Notes under the pieces: generated by a model
Seen by the model: only the letters and a program-made list of their open reading frames with translations
Database searches by the model: none
What the model was told of the DNA's origin: nothing
Made by a program: the position numbers and the translations under genes
Assembly: GCF_964213995.1 (NCBI RefSeq)
Contig: NC_135803.1
Coordinates: 121,396,001-121,460,000, forward strand
Direction: 5' to 3'
DNA: 64,000 bases
Source: Mustelus asterias
Lineage: Eukaryota
Part shown: one piece after another, positions 11,648-23,750 of the stretch
How positions within the stretch are numbered: position 1 is the first letter of the stretch
Layout of the letters: each line of letters opens with the position of its first letter

Positions 11648-11918
11648 GGTGGCACAGTGGTTAGCACCGCTGCCTCCCAATGCCAAGGACCCAGGTTCAA
11701 TCCCAGCTTTGGGTGACTGTCTGTGTGGAGTTTGCATGGTCTCCTCGTGTATACGTGTGTTTCCTCCCACAGACCAAAGATGTGTAGGTTCGGTGGATCA
11801 GCCATGGTAAATGTGCAGGGTTACAGGGATAAGCAGAGGGTGGGATGTTCTTTTGGAGAGTCAGTGAAGACTTGATGGCCTCTTTCTGCACTGTAGGGAT
11901 TCTATGGTTGTATGGTTC
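11648..11918 (+). mobile_element. HE1 SINE (internally deleted)
   Basis: tRNA-like head and tail CTGCACTGTAGGGATTCTATG. Confidence 0.85.
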
Positions 11919-12790
11919 AAAGGTTCTATGCAATGGCCGCATTTTGATTTTGGTTGGAGGAAATAGAATTTTCTTCTATTTTTCCAACCCCAGGCCATTT
12001 TCCTCTGTCCTTTGTGTAGGTAGGGCATACAATGCCCCGCTAAGGTTAAGTTGGCCATTTTGAATGGGGGATGAAAATGAGATTTGCTCCTGCACATCAT
12101 TTTCACCTGGTGGTGAAGGTTTAAGAAGCCCATTAAAAGTACACAAGCTTGGGAGTTTGTGAAGAAAATAGAAAATCTACTGAGGAATTGGGAACATTCC
12201 AAAAGATAAGTGTAAAGCATTTTCAAATATTGAAATGTCAATATTAGGTACTGTATTGTAATGCAGATGTGGTTTTAATGCAATGATTCATCATAAGGAT
12301 CTGTCCTGTAAAGGTAAGTTAATGCTTACATCGACCAGCATTATGTAATTGCTCACATGCATTATAGTACTTTTCCAATGGAAAAAATGCCATAAAGCAT
12401 TTGAAAAAAAAAATCCTCTGCAGTCATGTTTTTGTGCTTTGATATAATTGGACTGGCGGATCTGGCTTTTTTAAAAAAAAAATTCATTGCTTCTGAAGAT
12501 AGACAAATGTCCTCACACCCTCTAGACTTCACAGAACCTGCAGTATAACTGCAACTGGTAAAAAGCCGAAGGGTCTGTACTGCGCTGTAATGTTCTATAT
12601 GTTTAAAGCCAAGTCTTTGATCTTGAATGTTCCTATATCCTTACATTTTTAATGCTAGTTGCAACCTAACTGTCCTACTTTTCATCATCATTAAAAATGT
12701 CGCTAGAATGTAGGGGAGAGTGACTAGATCTTGATGCCTGCAGCCCTGATGCTCTGATTTTTCTCAATCTCAAAAGCAATGGGACCAGCA

Positions 12791-13100
12791 GGGGTGGCAT
12801 GGTGGCACAGTGGTTAGCACTGCTGCCTTACAGTGTCAAGGACCCGGGTTTGATTCCCGGCTTGGGTCACTGTCTGAGTTTGCATATTCTCCCCGTGTCT
12901 GCGTGGGTTTCCTCCTAGTGCTCCGGTTTCCTCCCACAGTCCAAAGATGTGTGGGTTAGGTTATTGGCCAGGCTAAATTGACTCTAGTTTCGGGGGTATT
13001 AGCAAGGTAAACATGTGGGGTTACGGGATATGGTGGGATTATTGTTGGTGTAGGCTCGATGGGCCGAATGGCCTCTTTCTGTACTGTAGGGATTCTATGA
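12791..13100 (+). mobile_element. HE1 SINE
   Basis: Head, V-domain and CR1-type tail GGGATTCTATG. Confidence 0.9.
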
Positions 13101-13304
13101 TAAATCCATGTTGTTAATTCATTCTACTTTAAAGCAGAAATCACTTGATGAATGCAAATTTAGATGAGGAAGAAGTTTTTTGATAAGCTTTAACCCAGGA
13201 CGTATCTGGACAGATCGGAAATTTTATTTTATTTCAGTCAGTTATTTTGAATAGGTGAATTAAAATACATTCTAGGAAACTTATAACTCCAGTCCAATGC
13301 ATAT

Positions 13305-13815
13305 TTGATTTGATTTATTATTGTTACATGCACTCTATTACAGTGAAATGTATTGTTTCTTGCGAGCTATACAGACAAAGTATACCGTACATAGAGAAGG
13401 AAATGAGAGAGTGCAGAATATAGTGTTGAAGTCACAGCTCGGGTGTAGAGAAAGATCAACTGAATATAAGGTAGGTCCATTCAAAAGTCTGATGGCAACA
13501 GGAAAGAAGCTGTTGTTGAATCGGTTGGTGCGTGACCTCAGACTTTGGTATCTTTTTCCCGACGGAAGAAGATGGAAGAGAGTATGTCTGTGGTGCATGA
13601 GGGTCCTTGATTATGCTGGCTGCTTTTCTGAGGCAGCGGGAAGTGTAGACAGAGTCAATGGATGAGAGGCTGGTTTGTGTGATGGACTGGGCTACTTTCA
13701 GAACCCTTTGTAGTTTCTTGCGGTCTTGGTCAGAGCAGGGGCCATACCGAGCTGTGATCCAACCAGAAAGGATGCTTCCTATGGTGCATCAGTAAAAATA
13801 GGTGAGAGTCATAGC
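13305..13815 (-). mobile_element. Rex1/Babar LINE 3' fragment
   Basis: HTLFHLLPSGKRYQSLRSRTNRFNNSFFPVAIRLLN; tail (TTTGA)n on the + strand at 13305. Confidence 0.9.
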
Positions 13816-15450
13816 ACTGAATGCAGTGCTTAGAGCAAAAATAAAGTATTCATTCACTAAATATTTACGGGAAAAGAAATTATAAATACAATGGCCTGCA
13901 CGTGTATGTTTCAGAACGTTGGCTTACATTTCAACCCATATTAGTTCCTTTTGGCTTCTGATTGATCCAGCAAAGAATCAGTCACATGTTCAAAATTGTA
14001 ACTTAGTAAAATTTGAACCAGTAATTATAATATACTCTTGCTTTTAATTAACATTATTATATAGTCTATTTAACTGATGTAAGTAATTTAGGAGTTGTAT
14101 CTAAAGTCTCAATCTTATTTCAGACCTATAATCTATATGTTGGTTTTGATACTTGCTTCCTTCCCTGTTTAAGCTATGTCGAGTGTAAATCCTTGGAATC
14201 GTAAAGTGAGTGTGTTTCTTAGGTATTGTCGGAAAAGGTTTTTACTGTAAAAATCTGATGAAAAAAGTGCCAAGTTCAATTTTTGTAAACTCTCAATAAA
14301 AGAGTTAACCACCCAAATTACTTATTAGGAAGTGGAGTGCGGAGGATTTTTTGGAAGACTTCTTCTAATTTTCTTATTGATTTATTCACTTTTTTTTTTT
14401 GGTTATTTGGTAACATCTCTTCCTCATGTTTTCTAATTGGTTTGCTATTTTCATAATCACACCAATCATGTTGCATAAAACTCTTCAAGTCTCAAACATT
14501 CCTCCAATCACTTTCAGCAAAAGTGTTTTTTTTATATAATTCATTCATGGGATGTGGGCACCGCTAACTGAGCCAGTTTTCCTGAGAGATAGCTGAGTTT
14601 CTTCACCTGCTTCAGAACACTCAAATGTTGAGAATTGCATGTTCTTTCCAAAAACTACCAATAAAGCTGACTTAGTCAAATGACTGAAGTGTTTATAGAA
14701 TCTGCATAAGCAGCAAGCCACTAGTAGTTCACAATTACATCACAGGTAAAGTTACTCTTCTCACCATTTCTACCACAATTAGGCATGTTTATTAAATTTA
14801 AGGTATGTCTTTTGATGAAATAGGAGAAAACTGTACATAAGTTTCTTTAATTGATAAACCTCAATTTTCGGAACTTTATAAGGTTGCCTCCATTGTACAT
14901 GAACTATTATTGCATTGTAGCATAGCTGTCAGTTTCTGCAAGTATGATTCATCTAAAATGTGTGCAAAAGTATTGCAGGTTTAACTTTACATAAGACTAG
15001 TACAAGCAGCATAAAATATATATAATTTGGTATTTAATAGCATTTTATAACATTACCATGGTGACAAGAGTTACAAAGAAATCAACTGACACTGGGGAAT
15101 TTTCTGTCTTTTCCATACTTAATTACTACATCCATTTTTTTGTGGATTAGTTTACCAATTTCAAATTCATTGTACATAGTGTATAGTTCCTTCATTCAAG
15201 TGGAATAGGATCTCAAATATAACAATGAGAAGACAAAAGTTAATCCTTGGAGTAAAAGAAAACACTGACAATATTTTTTCCATACTGTATACAAAGGCTT
15301 TGAACTCAAAAGCACAATATTATATTGTGAAGTCTAAGTAAATGAAATTGATTGGAAGTGTTGAGTTCAAAGGAGGATTGGCAAGGAAAATAATTTCCAT
15401 ATTTAATCAGGAATCTTGTTTTTAGCAGTGGCAAACCTTTTAGGGTGTTT

Positions 15451-15766
15451 CATAGAATCGCTACAGTGCAGAAGGAGGCCATTCGGCCCATTGAGTCTGT
15501 ACCGACCACAATCCCACCCAGGCCCTATTCCCATAACCCCACATATTTACCCTACTAATCCACCTGACACTAAGGTCAATTTAGCCAATCAACCTAACCC
15601 ACACATCTGTAGACTATGCGAGGAAACCAGAGAATCCAGAAGAAACCCATGCAGACATGGGGAGAATGTACAAGCTCCACACAGACAGTGACCCGAGGCC
15701 AGAATTGAACCCAGATCCCTGGCGCTGTGAGGCAGCAGTGCTAACCACTGGGCCACCGTGCCACCC
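15451..15766 (-). mobile_element. HE1 SINE
   Basis: Reverse-complement head, V-domain and tail. Confidence 0.9.
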
Positions 15767-16081
15767 GTTTCCTTGACTCGAGTCCATAAGGCATATCAAA
15801 AAATTCTGTTTGATCCTATTCATTCTTAATACTTTTTCACATCTTTGTTTTTCTTAATATTTGTTTCATCCACTACAGTATCAAGATTGTTAAATAGAGA
15901 ACAATTGAATGTAAAACATATTAACTTTTAACACATTCCATTAGTGTAAACTTTCTTCACTGCTTGTATTTTTCTATTTCTGAACCACAGTGTAAAGTTC
16001 TTTGATGCTATTGCAAAAATACATTATTTGAAAACTTGTTTCCATTTGCCTCTCATGAAATGTTCAATCTAAATGAAATAT

Positions 16082-16410
16082 GAAACTTTTTCCCTTGGTG
16101 GAGGGATCAATCACCAGGAGACATGGATTTGAACTCAGGGGCAGGAGGCTGAGAGGGATTGCGAGGAAAAGCTTTTTCACCCAGAGGGTGGTGGGAGTCT
16201 GGAATGCACTGGCTGAAAGGTTGGCTGAGGCAGAGACCCCCATAACATTTAAGAAGTATTTAGATGTGCACTTGCGATGCTAAGGCACACAAGGTTATGG
16301 ACCAACTGCTGGAAACTGGGATTAGAACAGTTGGGTGGTTTGTCTTTGACCAGCACACACTTGATGGGCTGAAGGGCTTTTTTTCTGCACTGTGGATCTC
16401 TATGACTCTG
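16082..16410 (+). mobile_element. CR1 LINE 3' end
   Basis: FFTQRVVGVWNAL...FKKYLDVHL plus 3' UTR GGGCTGAAGGGC...CTCTATGACTCT. Confidence 0.85.
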
Positions 16411-16747
16411 TTTTTTTGATGTGATAAATAGAGAAAGAAATTTGTGACCTACGATACCTTAACAGGAATAAGGAATCCGACTTATCCACACTTGCAATTT
16501 TCTCCCACAGCTGTGGAGTGCATGGTCTTGTTTTGTGTACCCTTCTTGAGGTTAAAGACTAGAAAAAGGAGGTAGTGCATGCATGGGGAAGTAAACGTAG
16601 CAACACAACAGCATTACAAAATAAATTTAGAATATAAAATCACTTTACCAAGTTTGCTGAATTTTCAGATTTATTTATCAAATGTTAATTATTTTTTATT
16701 TCGTACATATGACATTTTGTAAGAAACACATTAAAAATAATACTTTA

Positions 16748-17516
16748 GGGGAAGTCTTACCGAATAATGGCGGAATGCTGTTTCTGGCGAGAAAACCAGC
16801 ATGTTTCTTCCAGAGAAACTGATCAGTTTTCTCCGCAGAGCTTACAACACTCTGCCGAAAAAAATCAAGAGGATTTGTTTCATACTGTCATGCAGGGGAG
16901 CAGGGCCTTAACTCGACGGCGAAACCCAGCAGGACTAAGATTGGGCACCGTCTTAAAGGGTGCCCCGATCATAACTTGAGTAAATCTCCGCCCCCCCCCC
17001 AGCCCATCACAAAGGTCTCAGGGGCTCCCTTCCCCAACCCCAACAACAGTGTCACAACATCTTTGCCCCTCTCCCCTCCGATCATTGTAACCCCCACGCC
17101 CCCCCACCATCGGAGTTGGCACCCACCTGCCTCCCCCCCCCACCCCCCCCCCACCCCCCCCCCCCCCCACCCCCCCCCCCCCCCCCCCCCCCCACCCCCC
17201 CACCCCCCCAAAAAACAGCCATCGCTGGCATCTCCAGCTACTTCATCTACTCCCGGCCACCACCACATCAACTAAGTAAATCCCCCATCTCCCAGGAGGC
17301 TCCCACTAGGACCCCTTGGTCTTTGCATGCGCAGAGGCCTGCTGGTTTCAGCCTCCTGGGTGGGAATAGCCCCCCGACCCCTGAAATCTAATGAGATTCA
17401 AGCTGGTGGCCTCTGCATTGCACAGAGTGTGGGAGATTCAGTCTAAACTCCCACTGAAAAAACCAGCTTGTATTACTCCAGTTTCCCCGTGGATTTCTTT
17501 TGGCAGAATCACCCCC
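16748..17516. mobile_element. GC-rich Harbinger-type MITE with long poly-C tract
   Basis: Degenerate termini GGGGAAGTCTTACC / GGCAGAATCACCCC. TGCATGCGCA motif (17324-17333) shared with other Harbinger relics. C-tract ~17131-17209. Confidence 0.55.
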
Positions 17517-17726
17517 AATATGAGTAGAAAAAGAACAAACATAATTTTGAGTTCACTCTGCTACATTATATTCATAATCTGTACCATGTTATTGGAATCT
17601 ATTTCCTAATAAAGTAAAGTTGTTCCTGAGGTTTCAGTCGGGCAGTCATTAGTATAAATTCCATCCTGCTTCAGCAGTATGACAATAAAGAAAGTGCTGA
17701 AAGAATTTGGAAGTATTTCAGATATT

Positions 17727-17862
17727 GGGTGCAATCTTACCGGCCGGTTACGCCATGTTCCCGCTGCAGCGAGGTCGGAGAATTTGGCAGCCAGTTTAAT
17801 CTCCGCTCACTGTGGCAGGATGGGAAAATCCTGTCACTGTGAACGGTGGTAAGATTCCGACC
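17727..17862. mobile_element. Short Harbinger-type MITE
   Basis: TIR-like GGTGCAATCTTACC / GGTAAGATTCCGACC; a related remnant lies at ~20347-20450. Confidence 0.6.
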
Positions 17863-17943
17863 GTTGACTTTTGAGTTCTTTGAGGCTTGTTTGTCCCAAA
17901 AAATAGATTATTACATTACATTACATCATGGGGAATCATCGCA

Positions 17944-19490
17944 ACATAGAAAATCGGAACAGGAGCAGGCAATTTGGCCCTTTGAGCCTGCTCAATCATT
18001 CATGGCTGATCATCCAACTGATCCCACCATCCCTACATATCGTTCACTCCCCTTTGCCCCCAAGCGCTCTAACTAACTCTTTCTTGAAAACATACAATGT
18101 TTTGGCCTCAACTGCTTCCTGTGATAGTGAATTCCGCAGGCTTACCACTCTCAGGGTGAGGAAATTTCTCCTCATCTCAATCTAAATGGTTTACCTCGTA
18201 TCCTTAGAATATGGCCCCTGCTTCTGGAACCCCCAACATCAGGAACATCTTTTCTCCATTTATCCTGGCCAGTCCTGTGAGAATTTTATAGGTCCCTCCT
18301 CACCACAAGCTCTATATAACTGCAGCAAGACATCCCTGCTCCTGTACTTGAATCCTCTTGCTATGTAGGCTAACATACCATTTGCCTTCTTTACCACCTG
18401 CCGCACCGCGAGGTATTTTGATTCAATTATTTTACGCAGAGAAAATCCACTTTCCACTATCCACTTTTCTTTAAGAAACACATTATTTTCACCAATGAGA
18501 GGACAGAATTCCAGACTTTTCACTCACACGATTTTGCAACAAAGGAAATAACTCCGACATTGCTTACCTTCAGCAACTGGTCTGCAAGGACAGCCAGGTC
18601 TTAAGGCACATTCGCCTCTCTCAATTTCTAGCCAGATATAATCTGTCTTCCTGTTTTTGCTATCAAAGTGGATAAGCTCACATTTATCCACATTAGACTG
18701 CATTTGCCCACTCACCCATCTTGTCCGAATCACACTGAAGCATCACTGCATACTCCTCAGAGCTCACCCTCACACTCAGCTTTGTGTCATCTGCAAATCT
18801 GGATTATTACATTTAGTTTCCTAATCTAAATCATTAATATACATTGTGAATAGCTGGGGCCCCAGCACTGATCCCTGTGGTACCCCACTAATCACTGCCT
18901 GCCATTCAAAAAATTACCCATTTATTCCTACTCTCTGTTTCCTGGCTGCCAACCAGTTTTCTATCCATCTCAATACACTACCCCCAATCCCATGCGCTTT
19001 AATCTTGCAAGCTAATTCTTATGTGGGATTTTGTCGAAAGCCTTCTGAAAGTCCAAATAAAACACATCCACTGGCTCTCCCTCATTGAATCTACTAGTTA
19101 CACCCTCAAAGAATTTCAGTAGATTTGACAAGCACGATTTCCCTTTTGTAAATCCATGTTGACTCTGTCTGATTCTACCATCGTTTACCAAGTGCTCTGC
19201 AATAAAATCTTTGATAATGAACTCTAGAATTTTCCACACTACCGACGTCAGATAAACTTGTCTATAATTCCGTTTTCTCTCTACCTCCTTTTTTAAATAG
19301 TGGGGTTACATTAGCTACCCTCCAATCTATAGGAACTATTCCAGAGTCGATGGAATCTTGGAAGATGACCACAAATGCATCCACTATTTCTCGGGCCACT
19401 TACTTAAGGACTCTGGAATGTAGATTATCATTATGGGATTTATCATTATGGGATTTATCATTATCATTATGGGATTTATCGGCCTCCAAC
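17944..19490 (-). mobile_element. Degraded CR1 LINE ORF2 (RT) with 3' end
   Basis: QHGFTKGKSCLSNL, YLDFQKAFDKIPH, KKANGMLAYIARG on the minus strand; tail at 17944. Confidence 0.9.
19424..19480 (+). repeat. Short tandem repeat, (TTATCATTATGGGAT) x3
   Basis: Directly visible within the CR1 remnant. Confidence 0.85.
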
Positions 19491-19589
19491 TATCCCAACC
19501 AGTTTGAATTCAAAACACAAAGTGCTAGAAATACTCAGCAAGTTTGGCAACATCTGTGGAGAAAGAAAGAGGGTTAACATGATACTGCA

Positions 19590-20310
19590 TCAAGCCAAAA
19601 AGACATTCTGCCCATCTCACAAATGAGTAATGTGTATATGAACTTCAGTGCTAGTGTGATGCCATACGTCCCAAAGACTGATGTATTGAACAGCATGTCT
19701 CTTCCACTGTTCGCAAAGGTCAAGATACAGGCTGTACCCAAGCAGCCCATGCTTGCAAAATTCAAAACACAGTGCCCAACATTAGATGTGATTCTGCGAT
19801 TGGGCAACTTTTGCTAAGTAATCCACCGCGTGCTAAGAATTATGCTGACAACTAATTTAAGATTGTGAGTTGGGCTAGTCATAGTGTGACATATTTGCAA
19901 GTACTGGAAGCTGCATATATTAATACACAAGCCCTTTCTTTTACAGATAGAGAGAACATGTACACACATTGCACTGGTTCTGCTAAACAAAATACATGAT
20001 AGCCGTTCACTGGTTTATTCCACAGGGTAATGCCTTGACGATCAGAGTCAAGCTGCCTGCTTTAAATTTCAAACAATGCTTGGCAGATAATTGTCAGTCA
20101 CATCAACTAGTGCATTCTCCATGGCAACGCCTCTACAAATCAGTCAACTTGCCAACAAATCCACACTCGCTCCTCATACAGTATAAAATTGTTGTTTCCC
20201 CTGACATTAGTATTCTTGTGATTGTCCTGATGAGTGCAAGATGAAAATTTTGACAAAATATCTTTTTTCAGCAATACTCAAGTTCTGTACTACCGAACGA
20301 CTATTTGCTT
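19590..20310 (+). mobile_element. Degenerate Penelope-like element of a second family (GIY-YIG C-terminus plus pseudo-LTR)
   Basis: Broken frames resemble LPISQMSNVVYEFQC.CDA, DSAIGQ.LL, FKIVS and LQVLEAAYINT. Hammerhead motif downstream at 20222. Confidence 0.65.
20222..20256 (+). ncRNA. Minimal type I hammerhead ribozyme motif
   Basis: TTGTC-CTGATGA-GTGCAAGAT-GAAA-ATTTT-GACAA; 5-bp stem I TTGTC/GACAA. Confidence 0.65.
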
Positions 20311-21614
20311 TTAGGTCCTCTAAAATGTTTGCATCGGAAACCCATAGGCCAGAATTCTCCAACCTCACTCGCGGCTGGGATTCTCCGGTCCCGCTGCAGT
20401 GAATGGAGTTTTGGCTGAGCAGCAAATTCTCCATTCTCGCTGGCAGCAATGCCATAGTTTAATAAACAATATCCTTTGTGACTGCCTTAGTACTTTATTA
20501 TCGAATTGTGATCGTCGGAACCATTAAGTCAATGCAAAGTGCATTCGGGGAGAAATTCATTCTCGTCGTGTCGCTTCTACTGTGTCACAGGTATCACCTA
20601 TGGGGCATCCTTTATTGATCCCACTGAAGAATATCCCACAATGCTGGCTGCCCCCAATAAATTAACATCCTCCTCATTATCATTACGTTGCACAAATCTT
20701 TGGAATGTACTTTGAATACTCTGTCCCATTTTGCTCCCCGCAGATGGCAAAGGAGCTGGAGGTTTGGTAAAAGTTCGGACTAGAATAATACTATACATTA
20801 GAGCTTTTACTCTGGTGTTTTTCCAATTAACCTGAAGCATAACGGAATCCCATCTATGCAGCAAATAAGCTTTGCACTGAACTTTCGGTGGCCCTTTAGG
20901 AAAATCCATGAGAAAATTATAGATCTTTTAGAAGAGTTTGAGTCACTTATGTTGGAGGGAGAAAGCTTTAGAGTGGTCACAATTAAGATTTTTAAAGATT
21001 TCTTCAGACTGGTTAGCTAGGTTATTGTATGTACTGCGATGGCAGGCCATAATGACATAAATATGAATGCTGTAGGCACTAAGATTTAAGTTGGATAGCA
21101 GGAAATATTTATTTTTCACAATACTCTGGAACAAGCTACTAAAATATGCGGTGGCTATAAGTTTGCTGCTGTCCTTTGGAAAGAAAAGCTGATAAGTTCC
21201 TAAATGAAGAGGTTGTCTCCAGTTATTAGTTAACCAGTACAATGATGTTTAATGGCCCACTGCAGTCTCCTTGCTTGATTGCAGCAAACCATTGAATAGA
21301 ACATTCCCAGAATTCGACCTGAGTCACAACTTTACTGTTTGTTGCCTCGCCTAGGGGACTGCATGATTCAGAAATGTGTAAATACTGTATGTGAGTTGTC
21401 TTTTCCCGTGTTCACCTATCAGTTAGGTGAAACGATTGGGGTTTTCATAACATTGCAGTGGTTACTTAACTGAGAGCTAAACAAAAGTGTGTTACATGTT
21501 GAATTATTGCTTTCTGCTTTAACAGATAACCTAATATTGCCCCAGGTTACACAGAGCTGTTCTAATTCTGTTTACACCAAGTTTCCCTTGTAATTTTGAG
21601 CATAAAATTGGCAT

Positions 21615-22212
21615 GCTTGCCTTTATTAGTTGGGCCACTGAGTACAAGAGTCAGGATGTTATGTTGCAGCTTCATAAAACTTTGGTTAGGCCGCACTTAG
21701 AGTATTGCATTCAGTTCTGGTCGCCACAATACAGGAAGGATGTGGAGGCTTCGGAAAGGGTGCAGTAGAGGTTTACCAGGATGCTGCCTGGATTAGAGGG
21801 TATGAGCTATAAGGAGAGGCTAGACAAACTAGGTTTGCTTTCTCTGGAGCGGTGGAAGCTGAGGGGAGACCTAATAGAAGTCAATAAAATTATGAGAGAC
21901 GAAGATAGGGTTGACAGTCAGAATCTTTTTCCTAGAGTTGAAATGTCTAATACGAGGGGGCATGCATTTAAGGTGAGAGGGGGAATGTTCAAAGGAGATG
22001 TGAGGGGGAGGTTTTTTTACACAGAGTTGGAACGCGCTTCCAGGGGTGGTGGTGGAGAAGATGGGGACATTTAAGGGGCTTTTGGCACATGAATATGCAA
22101 GGAATAGAGGGATATGGACCTCTGGCAGGCAGAAGGGATTAGTTTAATTGGGCGTTATGTTTGGCACAACATTGTGGGCTGAAGGGCCTGTTCCTGTGCT
22201 GTATTGTTCTAA
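21615..22212 (+). mobile_element. CR1 LINE 3' fragment
   Basis: MLPGLEGMSYKERLDKLGL...LRGDLIEV; tail GGGCTGAAGGGCCTGTTCCTGTGCTGTATTGTTCT. Confidence 0.9.
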
Positions 22213-22799
22213 AAAAATCATTTTGCATAATAACATCCTGGAGGGAATTTTAATTCCAACCAACCCATCAGGAACATGGAGGTGGAATAGGCGGGGCGGA
22301 GGACTCTTCATTTAAAATGGAGGTAACAACCTTGCTAACCTATTCTTGCTGGAATCCACCTGCCACCATTTTACCTGCTGGCTGCACTTTGATGACTGAG
22401 TACTCTTCAGAAGCAGGAAGGTGCATCAAAGATTTAGGTCAATTCAGGTCCCACTGGAAGTTGTAATAAAAAAAATAAGGTTACTTATATATATGTATAT
22501 TATAATATCTGTATATTCCTTGTTTTCTATACAGGCATCAGATTTATAATGTCAAAATATCTTTTTGTTTGTCCTACATAATACTAATGGTCTGAAACTA
22601 ATTGATATGTGTGGTTTAAGCAATATATGCTGCAGGACATACATTGTAGGTGAAGCAGCTAGCACTAGAAATTGCTTCGACACTAATCTTCCTGCTCCTT
22701 ACATGAATACAATTTAAATCACAAGGTAGTAAATGTTCTACCAAGTTTATCTGTTTATTAAAAAAAGGTCAGTCTTAACCTACCAACTGTAACATTCTG

Positions 22800-23750
22800 T
22801 TCCCTCTAATCAAATGCAATTTCCTTGTATGCATTGAAGTTCTCAATGTCACCTGCATAGTGAACCATGTCACTGCAAACTCGAAACTATTTTGATAGGC
22901 GTACCCATCTCCTCACCATATCCTTCAATCCTTTAAACTATGAGGTCACGCTGTATACGTTTGGATCGTATTCCCTTAAGTTTAGAAAGTGAGTCAATTG
23001 CAGTGTTTAAAATGGATGAAGGAATAGCGATCTGGACATCTAAGTTTCTCCTTGACATTGTTAGGAGGCACAGCACATTATATGGATAGGAGCAGGAAGT
23101 GAAAACGGATACAAAGTACTCACTTAACAAGTCTGCCATTTCCTTAATGTCAATTATAGTCTTGCTTGCATCCGTCTTTAAAAGTTCACATTCTCCTTTA
23201 CCACTCTTTTTCACACTGCAGTTATAATGGAAATGTTGCTGTTATGTTTGATATCCATGTTTTTGTTCATACTCCTTTTCGTACCTCTATACTTTCTTTG
23301 TCTCCCTTTGCTTTTTATAATTCTCCCAGTCTGCTAGATTTTCACTTCTCACTGAATTTGTGAATGTTTCTTTTAGTTTGATCCTCTTGACTTGTTACTC
23401 ACAAATGGAGCCTTTGCCTTTTAGGGTTTTTTTTCATTGGTTTTGTATTGTACGAAATACTTATTTGAATATTTCCCAGTGTTTATCAGTAGATCCACCC
23501 ATTAAATGTTCCACCATGTGTGCAATAGTTAATTTATTTCTCATCCCCTCAAAGTTTGCCTTACTTAAGTTTAATTTTGGTTCGTGACCTAATGTCAAAT
23601 TCAATCATATTAAGGGCATTATTTGCCAGATGCTGTCTTAATGTCAAGTTGTCAACTCATTTTGATGCATCGCTCATGATTAAATACAATATGGTCTGTT
23701 CCCATGTCAGTTCAAGAACTCACTGGCCTGGATTTTGTGGTAAGAATAAC
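22800..23750 (-). mobile_element. Highly decayed CR1-like ORF2 remnants
   Basis: KEMADLLSEYFVSVFT motif in ORF 22933-23214. Confidence 0.5.

Noticed and set aside
16969-17391. Poly-Pro / poly-Gly ORFs
   Set aside because: Translation artefacts of the C tract inside a MITE.
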